IMG/VR virus record: IMGVR_UViG_3300047325_000170
Location: 32,001 to 96,000 of that record
Source: a virus
Strand: one strand, 5' to 3'
Length of the DNA stretch: 64,000 nt
This document shows, piece by piece, positions 57,604 through 64,000 of this stretch. Position 1 is the first letter of the stretch; each line of letters opens with the position of its first letter. The notes below the pieces were generated by a model. The model was not told the DNA's origin and did no database searches. It saw only the letters and a program-made list of their open reading frames with translations. The position numbers were made by a program, and so were the translations under genes.

Positions 57604-58620
57604 TTAACCTACGTGATAGAACTCCTCAGCCGCTAAGACTGGGTAGTCGCCTAGCCGTACAAGGGTGAAGGCATCGTGCTCGTCGAGATCAACACGGATC
57701 AAGCTATCTTCCTTGATGTCCTGGCTAATGAGTCGCTTTGCGATGGGAGATTCGAGATGGCGGATAAGAGTTCGTTTGATCTCACGCGCCCCGTACTCCC
57801 GGCTGAAGCCTTCGCGGAAGAGCTTCGTTTGGAGCTTCTCGCCGAGTTCAATGCGCACGAGATGACGGGTCAGGCGACTATTGAGATCGGCGATGAGGCG
57901 CTCGAAGATCTTCTCTTGTTGCTCGAGGGTCAAGGGATCGAAGTGGACTTGGCCGGTAAGCCGGTTGATGAACTCTGGGCGGAAGGTCTTCTTCACTTCG
58001 GTCTGAACTTGCGCCCGGATCGAACTTTCCGAAGGGCGCTCGGGACGAAAGCCAAGGTCCTTACGATCACTGTAGTTCGAGGCGCCAACGTTACTCGTCA
58101 GGAAGATCAAAGCCTTACTGAAGTCGAGACGCCGGCCCTTACTGTCCGTCATGATCCCTGAGTCCATGACCGAGAGCCACGCATCGAAGAAGCGACTATG
58201 AGCCTTCTCGATCTCATCGAGCAAGAGGATGAAGCCGCCCTCGGGGTGAGAGATGTTCTCGATCTGCTTGACGAACATCGATGACTGGTCGCTGCCGACG
58301 TATCCCGGCGGGCTCCCAAAGAGCTTGGCAACTTCGTGATCGAGAGAGAACTCCGAGCAGTCGATGCGAATGAAGGCATCGGGCGGCTGCGTGAACTCCG
58401 CTAACTTCTCAACAAGCCAGGTCTTCCCGACTCCCGTTGGGCCAAGGAAGAGGAAGCTGCCAATAGGACGTTTCCCATCGTGTAGCCCCGCTTGATAGCG
58501 CTCGAGCGCTCCAAGGATCGCTTCGATAGCTGCTTCCTGCCCAATGACCGTTTCGTTGAGAAGATACTTGAGCTCAAAGAGCTGGGTCTGAAGATCTGCC
58601 CGGTCGTTAAGCTTTGCCAT
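57604..58620 (-). CDS. Stand-alone ClpA/ClpB-type AAA+ ATPase (D2 module only)
   Basis: GQ..A, RPIGSFLFLGPTGVGKT, GSPPGYVG, LLDEIEKAH, TSNVG, FRPEFINRL, YGAR. Confidence 0.93.
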   Translation of the reverse strand: MAKLNDRADLQTQLFELKYLLNETVIGQEAAIEAILGALERYQAGLHDGKRPIGSFLFLGPTGVGKTWLVEKLAEFTQPPDAFIRIDCSEFSLDHEVAKLFGSPPGYVGSDQSSMFVKQIENISHPEGGFILLLDEIEKAHSRFFDAWLSVMDSGIMTDSKGRRLDFSKALIFLTSNVGASNYSDRKDLGFRPERPSESSIRAQVQTEVKKTFRPEFINRLTGQVHFDPLTLEQQEKIFERLIADLNSRLTRHLVRIELGEKLQTKLFREGFSREYGAREIKRTLIRHLESPIAKRLISQDIKEDSLIRVDLDEHDAFTLVRLGDYPVLAAEEFYHVG

Positions 58621-59929
58621 CAGGCAGCACCGCAGTGTAATGCTGGCCGGTGAGGATCACCGGGATCATGTCGGGCTTGAGTGCTCCTGTTTCTGCGTTG
58701 AAGCTGATGCGCACAGTTCCCATCGGTCCAGGTGTATACCCCGCATCTCGGGCATAGCCAAGATAGGAGTGGAAGGTGGAGGTATAGACTCCATAGGACG
58801 TCTTGACATACCGACGCAAGTCTCCCGGCCGCACGCGCTCGGTGTGATTGGCGACGATGCCGGAGATGTGGTTATGGCCACAGGTGATGATGTCGGCATC
58901 GGGGCGGCCCGCAAGTTGCGCCTGCATCTTGTTGTATTGGGGCCCTGGCTTGTTTCCGGCGGGGAAACCGTGGATGTTGTAGGAGAGGTAGCTTTGATCT
59001 CCCACGTGGATCTTCGTCCACCCCTCAGTTTGGAGGTAGTGAACATCGAGCGTTCTGGCCATCGTTTGAGCAGCATCGACAATGTTCTTGGTCGCCTTAT
59101 CGAGGCGGTCTTCGTGATTCCCGCGTAAGATAAAGAGGATCTTGCGTGCCCGCGCAAGCTCGAGAAGATCATCGGTTGCGAGGGTGAATTGCTCCTGAAC
59201 GGTCATCGACTGTTCGGCCATGACGCCAACAGAGACACCCGTGAGGAAGTCCACCATGTCGCCCTGGAAGGCGATGTACTCATCGTCGTGGTCCAGGACG
59301 TAGCTAAGGATGGACTTGAAAGCGCGGTAAGCGCAGGCATCCGTTCCAATGTGGACATCGCCCACGTGCCAGATCCCAAGGGTCGCCGTCTTCTTCGGAT
59401 AGGGAAGGTAGATCGGCGTGATGCACTCGTTCTGCGCGAGGTCCGTACGAGACATGAACTCTTCGCGGATGCGAGCAGCAGTCTTGACGCGCGGCGAGTC
59501 GGTGAACGACGTGCCGCGGGGAAGGGTGATGTCTTCGGGAGCGGGCGCCTTCGGGAGGGTATTCACCGAGATCGTCTGCTCGAAGTAGGCCGGCGAGAGA
59601 TCGTACTGATTGGTCAGGCCCATAGCCATCCCGACACAGTCACGTCCGCGCTCGCGGTGGCTTTCAACACGACAGAAGAGACGACCGGGGCGATCACTGT
59701 AGAGATCGCATTCGGTTTCTGGCTTTTGTAGCAGAGGCTTATTGTGGTAGTCAGCCCCCGTATGAGGCAGCGAAGTCTTATAGGCAGACAAGTCGACCGG
59801 AGCTATATACTCCGGGTCGTGGATATCGCAATAGACTGGTTTGGGCTTCTGGTGCTTCGGGTATTGGAATGAAGATCCGCAATGGGTGCAGTACCCCAGG
59901 GAATACCCGGTACCTTTGAGCTTATTCAG
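58607..59929 (-). CDS. Calcineurin-like metallophosphoesterase with N-terminal Cys/His clusters
   Basis: GDVHIG, GD..D, GNHE, HG, GHNH. The frame stays open upstream of the track start (59791) through YCTHC...YCDIH. CTG start at 59929 is inferred. Confidence 0.8.
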   Translation of the reverse strand: MNKLKGTGYSLGYCTHCGSSFQYPKHQKPKPVYCDIHDPEYIAPVDLSAYKTSLPHTGADYHNKPLLQKPETECDLYSDRPGRLFCRVESHRERGRDCVGMAMGLTNQYDLSPAYFEQTISVNTLPKAPAPEDITLPRGTSFTDSPRVKTAARIREEFMSRTDLAQNECITPIYLPYPKKTATLGIWHVGDVHIGTDACAYRAFKSILSYVLDHDDEYIAFQGDMVDFLTGVSVGVMAEQSMTVQEQFTLATDDLLELARARKILFILRGNHEDRLDKATKNIVDAAQTMARTLDVHYLQTEGWTKIHVGDQSYLSYNIHGFPAGNKPGPQYNKMQAQLAGRPDADIITCGHNHISGIVANHTERVRPGDLRRYVKTSYGVYTSTFHSYLGYARDAGYTPGPMGTVRISFNAETGALKPDMIPVILTGQHYTAVLPDGKA

Positions 59930-59956
59930 TGGCCGAAGTTCCTGACTTGAGACAGC

Positions 59957-61498
59957 CTAGACGAGGCCTGTCACATCGTTAAGGAGCGAACTTGCCGCAG
60001 CTGCCGGGTTACCACCCGTTGCCACATTGCCCCAGCTCTGGCCGCTTACGGGACCAGATACTACTGTTAGTATATCAGAATTTATGGGCGGACGCGAAAT
60101 AGCTAGACTAGGGACGCTTGGTAAGAGGCTACTTACGATCTGCCCCTGCAGATTTCCTTGAAGGCTAGCTGCTATACCTAGCCAGTTCCCAGAAGCAATG
60201 CTCTCAGCCTTCTGAAGGACCGAGATCAGCTCGTTAAGGACCTTGATAAGGTTGCGCAAGCGGTTGTTCACATCCGCGCTCCCCGTCTGGGTATTGGTGG
60301 CTTGGGTCTGCTGCTGAGCCATGCGGAAGAAGTCGAGGGCGTACTTGTTGAACTTGCCGACCACGCCGTCGAGCAGCCCCGTAACCGCCGCGAACATTCC
60401 GTTGACCGCCGCGCCCCCGATTCCGCCGCCGAGGCCCGAGCCATACCGCACGAGACCGAGGATGGGGCTAAGCAGTTCGCTCTGGATGTGGGCGAAGGCC
60501 GCCATCGCCTGGCCTTCAAAGAGCATGAGGATCTCATCTCCAAGGGCGAGGAGCTGGGCCTCGATGCCCGCAACCGAGAGCCACGAACTTGCAGCGAAGA
60601 CTTGGAAGACGGTCTCAAGGGTCTGCAAGATGCTGATGACCTCGCCAATTCCGCCGCCAGTTGGACCACCCCCGAAGAAGACGGGCTGGAGTCCGACCGC
60701 AAGGTTGAAGCCATCGGTCGGGATGGTCTGATTCACATTGACGGCGTTGACGATATTTTGAATGGAGTAGGCTGCTTCGCTCGTCGAACCACTCAGAGCA
60801 TCCTGGGCCTTAACGTAGCCATCGACCTGCTCAGCATTCACATAGGAAGCGTTGTAGGTAACGGCTGCGGTAATGTTCGTGACGTTCGAGAGTACGTCGC
60901 CCGACGTATTTCCAAGGTTGTAGCTCTGCAGGGCGGCAACGCGCTGGGAGAGATCCACAACGTTTGAAATGTAGGGCTGATACTGGACAAGCGCGGGATA
61001 GACGAAGGCGTCGATCCGGCCATTGATCCCCCAATTGTAGTTGAGCCAGGAGGTCACAATCGCCGTGCTGCCAGGGGCACTCGGGCTTGTAAGGGCGGTC
61101 TGCAAGTCCGAGAAGGTAATCGTCGTCTTGCCAATCGCGGTGAGATACGCGTAGTCGGCCGGCGAGAGGACATCGGGGTTAGCAACCGCGCTGACCGTCT
61201 GGAGATCTGCCTGGAGGGTGGCAAGGACGGAGGTCAGATGCTTCTGGACAACGAGGCTGTCGCGAACCGTTGCGATGACATTGAGCAAGTGGTCCGTGAT
61301 TGCGGACTGCTCAACGCCTGCCTGGACGGGGGTGGGTACCGTCCCCGCCGGGGCCGCCGGATTGGGTGGGACAGAGAAGTCTGGTTGGTAATCGAGGACG
61401 CCCTTGGCAACCAGGTTCTCGGCACTGACCTGGGCGGGGGTAAGATTCGGGACCGGTTCAGACTCCGGTCCCTCGACCTCTTCGGGCTCTTCGGCCAC
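59957..61498 (-). CDS. Hypothetical helical/hydrophobic virion protein
   Basis: 513 aa, GTG abutting the terminase stop. Gly-rich hydrophobic helices in the C-terminal half. Confidence 0.7.
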   Translation of the reverse strand: MAEEPEEVEGPESEPVPNLTPAQVSAENLVAKGVLDYQPDFSVPPNPAAPAGTVPTPVQAGVEQSAITDHLLNVIATVRDSLVVQKHLTSVLATLQADLQTVSAVANPDVLSPADYAYLTAIGKTTITFSDLQTALTSPSAPGSTAIVTSWLNYNWGINGRIDAFVYPALVQYQPYISNVVDLSQRVAALQSYNLGNTSGDVLSNVTNITAAVTYNASYVNAEQVDGYVKAQDALSGSTSEAAYSIQNIVNAVNVNQTIPTDGFNLAVGLQPVFFGGGPTGGGIGEVISILQTLETVFQVFAASSWLSVAGIEAQLLALGDEILMLFEGQAMAAFAHIQSELLSPILGLVRYGSGLGGGIGGAAVNGMFAAVTGLLDGVVGKFNKYALDFFRMAQQQTQATNTQTGSADVNNRLRNLIKVLNELISVLQKAESIASGNWLGIAASLQGNLQGQIVSSLLPSVPSLAISRPPINSDILTVVSGPVSGQSWGNVATGGNPAAAASSLLNDVTGLV

Positions 61499-63394
61499 TT
61501 AGAACCCCGTACGTCGACCCTTATAGCCGCGGCCACCGCGCTGAAAGTAGTCTTGTTGATCGAGCCTAGCCCTACTGCTCTCACCGGGGACGCCGGGGGC
61601 AGTCTTGATTTCCTCTGCTCGTATCATACCAGAACTAGCCAAACGCAAGTCTTCTTCGAGGTTCTCTTGCTCGAGCGCGGGATCTTCGGTCTTCTTGAGG
61701 TAGTTGGGGCGGCGCTTCTCTTTCTCGCCATCCGCTTGCTTCTTACGCTCCATGTAGCGTGAGCCGAGGGGTGGCTCGATGAAGGCTTTCAGCAAGCTGC
61801 CGTGGGTCTTGACCCCGTACTCACAGTAGAGGCCCCAGTTCGCCAGCATCAGGGCATCGACGGCGTGCTCGTTCTCTGAGGTGTACTTGGGTTCACCGGA
61901 GACGGTGATACGCACGACGACATAGTTGATGAGCTGGTTCTTGAGTTCGTCATCGAAGGGAGACATCACCATCTCCCCCGCATCGAACTTGTTTACCAGG
62001 CGATTGACCATCTCGGGCTTGATGCGCCTTTTCTCAAGACGCTTGGAGGCAGGGTCGAGGACCTCAACGCCTTCCGAGAAGTTGACCCGAACGATCTTCT
62101 TGTGCAGGTTCCAGGCGGGGTCAGTTGGGTCTTTACACTCCATACCGAGGCGAATCATCGCTTCGATCTGATGCTCTCCGTAGCCCGCATCCATGTAGTA
62201 GAAGTTCGGTGAGAAGAGCTTATTGATCTGCACCAGCTCCCTGACCGCATTGTCGAGGGTGAACTGTGACTTCGGGATCTCCTTGCGGTGGACGACCTTG
62301 ATGTAGTCGAAGGGCTGCTCGAGAGCCTTGGAGTACGCATCCGATCCCACATCAGCTTTGCGTGCCTCGATGATGAGGATCTGGGTGCCCGCCCCGTACT
62401 TATCCCAGTCGACACCAACAATGCGATAGACCGAGTCATTACGGTCAAGGCGGTTAGCGTAGCCAAAGACTGGGTACTTCGGCGACATACCTGGGTAGGG
62501 GAAGTCATCAGCACCGCGGATCACCGCAGCGTCAATCGTGTCCTTGTTAAAGACACCCGTCGCTTCTTCGCCGAACTCAGCGAGGAATTCACGGGCAAAG
62601 GCGTCGACGGAGTACTGCTTACGGTACTCAAGCTCGAGATCTTCATTCCAGTTTGGAATGGCTTCGTAGCAGGTCTTGTGGAAGGCTTTCCACCCACGCG
62701 GAGGGTCGGTGCATAGACGGTAGAAGCGCTGCCGCTTACCGGTGGGCGTGGAAGTGAGGATGACTTCCATGGTGGGATCCTGCGCGGGGATGGCGAGGAT
62801 CGAATCGAGGTCAGCGTCGGTGAGGTAGTCGGCCTCGTCGATGTAGATCAGACCGACGCCGTGGCCTTGACCACGGACCGCATCGCCCTTGCCACCAGAC
62901 TTGGTGCCGGCGGTGATGAAGTTGATGAAGCCGCCATTCTTGAAGCGGATAACGAAGGGATTCTTGACGTCCTGATCGATGCTCTCGTTGAAGATCTCAG
63001 GCTTGGTGTCGATGAACTGCTGATGCATCGTATGGTAGAGCTCAGCGACCTGGCGCTCAAGGGGGGCCACAATAAGAACGCCCCGACCTTGCACGAAGCT
63101 CATGTGGAGTGACTTCACGATGCACATTGCCGACTTTCCGGCTCGTCGTGAGACTCGAACGACCTTCTTAAGACCGGGGGTTTCGATGATCTCTTGTTGC
63201 CAGGGACGAGTTAACCATCCCTCAGTGACCTGCTTGAACTCGCGCTCGATGCCATCGACATCGACGTAGCTCCGCAACTGAACCTTCGGTGGGAAGACCG
63301 TCTCCGCCCAGATAAGCGGGTACTTCAGAACTGCTTGGATAGCAGCCTGGTCACCCGACGTTAGATTGGTGAGGAGGTCCTTGGCGATAGCCAG
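61499..63394 (-). CDS. terL: Terminase large subunit
   Basis: Walker A SRRAGKS, Walker B IYIDEAD, TSTP, nuclease VGVDW and HAVDAL. Frame is open 39 codons upstream of the track start to a CTG 6 nt after GAGG. Confidence 0.95.
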   Translation of the reverse strand: MAIAKDLLTNLTSGDQAAIQAVLKYPLIWAETVFPPKVQLRSYVDVDGIEREFKQVTEGWLTRPWQQEIIETPGLKKVVRVSRRAGKSAMCIVKSLHMSFVQGRGVLIVAPLERQVAELYHTMHQQFIDTKPEIFNESIDQDVKNPFVIRFKNGGFINFITAGTKSGGKGDAVRGQGHGVGLIYIDEADYLTDADLDSILAIPAQDPTMEVILTSTPTGKRQRFYRLCTDPPRGWKAFHKTCYEAIPNWNEDLELEYRKQYSVDAFAREFLAEFGEEATGVFNKDTIDAAVIRGADDFPYPGMSPKYPVFGYANRLDRNDSVYRIVGVDWDKYGAGTQILIIEARKADVGSDAYSKALEQPFDYIKVVHRKEIPKSQFTLDNAVRELVQINKLFSPNFYYMDAGYGEHQIEAMIRLGMECKDPTDPAWNLHKKIVRVNFSEGVEVLDPASKRLEKRRIKPEMVNRLVNKFDAGEMVMSPFDDELKNQLINYVVVRITVSGEPKYTSENEHAVDALMLANWGLYCEYGVKTHGSLLKAFIEPPLGSRYMERKKQADGEKEKRRPNYLKKTEDPALEQENLEEDLRLASSGMIRAEEIKTAPGVPGESSRARLDQQDYFQRGGRGYKGRRTGF

Positions 63395-63397
63395 ATG

Positions 63398-63823
63398 CTA
63401 CCTCGGCTGCTTCGGTCCTACAAACCCGCGACGATACGGATTATAGGGGCCCTGCATGAGGTTCTGGGGACCAAATCGAGCACCCATGCGGCGCACTCCT
63501 TCGCTACCCTGGCGACGGCTAGCATAGACACTCATCGCTCCGCGGCCAGCAAGGCCCATACCCATGCCCGTCATAGCACCGCGCATTGCTCCGCCACCAC
63601 GATCATCAGAATCCGTAAGGCCGCCATACGCACCGCCAGCAGCGGCGTTGATACCCATAGACTTCGCGACGCTACCGGGGCGCCAGAGAGCTTTGGCTCC
63701 ATAGCCGCTATGTGCTGTACCGAAGCCACCCATTCTCGCCATCTGCGTTGCGACCGCGTCACCCGACGGCACGCGCATCTTCGCTTTTGCTAAGAGACCA
63801 CTAACTCCACTATACCAACCCAT
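63398..63823 (-). CDS. Small Gly/Met-rich basic protein with glycine-zipper-like segments
   Basis: 141 aa, AAAGGAYGG and GAMTGMGMGLAG. Co-oriented and tightly spaced. Confidence 0.7.
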   Translation of the reverse strand: MGWYSGVSGLLAKAKMRVPSGDAVATQMARMGGFGTAHSGYGAKALWRPGSVAKSMGINAAAGGAYGGLTDSDDRGGGAMRGAMTGMGMGLAGRGAMSVYASRRQGSEGVRRMGARFGPQNLMQGPYNPYRRGFVGPKQPR

Positions 63824-63826
63824 CAG

Positions 63827-64000
63827 CTATTTCCACCCTCTGCGATTCGCGAAGCCTCTCATACCAGAACGCATATCCCCAAACAGTCCCATAGTCTGGC
63901 TCCCGACATCCTTACCAAATCGGCCACCCTTCATGCGCAAGAGGCGCATACCGCCGAGATAGCCAGCTCCCGCAGCCGCACCAACAGATGCTCCCATAAG
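63827..64000 (-). CDS. 3' end of another Gly/Met-rich basic protein (partial)
   Basis: Translates as LMGASVGAAAGAGYLGGMRLLRMKGGRF...RRGWK*. Confidence 0.6.
   Translation of the reverse strand, partial: LMGASVGAAAGAGYLGGMRLLRMKGGRFGKDVGSQTMGLFGDMRSGMRGFANRRGWK

Larger units (their letters stand above)
1..64000 (-). mobile_element. Structural (head-neck-contractile tail-baseplate) module of a large tailed phage
   Basis: About 39 tightly packed co-oriented minus-strand genes including terminase, portal, protease, capsid, sheath, tubes and baseplate J. No host housekeeping genes seen. Confidence 0.96.

Noticed and set aside
1-64000. Numerous plus-strand and alternate-frame ORFs in the track (e.g. 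8115-9044, 29379-30251, 50053-50904, 51575-52651, 45393-46787, 42315-43742)
   Set aside because: They overlap well-supported minus-strand genes, show no recognisable motifs, and are expected shadows in GC-rich coding DNA.
1-64000. Genome-wide amber (TAG) recoding
   Set aside because: Very long ORFs are intact under the standard code and many TAG stops are followed by out-of-frame genes with their own SD.
1-64000. tRNA or rRNA genes
   Set aside because: Intergenic gaps are short and none showed cloverleaf or T-loop signatures by eye.

Overview
The whole window is one uninterrupted minus-strand virion-morphogenesis region of a large, GC-rich myovirus (jumbo-phage-like). In transcription order (right to left) it carries: small Gly-rich basic ORFs, terminase large subunit, a hydrophobic protein, a metallophosphoesterase, a stand-alone Clp-type AAA+ (D2-only) ATPase, portal with a MuF-like C-terminus, a DUF559-like nuclease, prohead protease/scaffold, decoration protein, major capsid protein, three paralogous small head-region proteins, a 3306-aa modular fibre, neck proteins, two sheath paralogues, three tube paralogues, two tail-chaperone paralogues, two giant cysteine-free proteins, a baseplate hub with a peptidase tip, peptidoglycan hydrolases and baseplate wedge proteins. 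The standout is the tape-measure slot. It holds a 1728-aa Cys-free protein with embedded PD-(D/E)XK-like and SNase-like domains, coupled to a 1912-aa Cys-free single-chain RNA polymerase with beta-like then beta'-like motifs (SLATQIKGKKG..K.LDFSG, HRDP, GDSDGD). This looks like an injected virion RNA polymerase system. All assignments come from manual motif reading and gene order; no database searches were run and the host cannot be determined.
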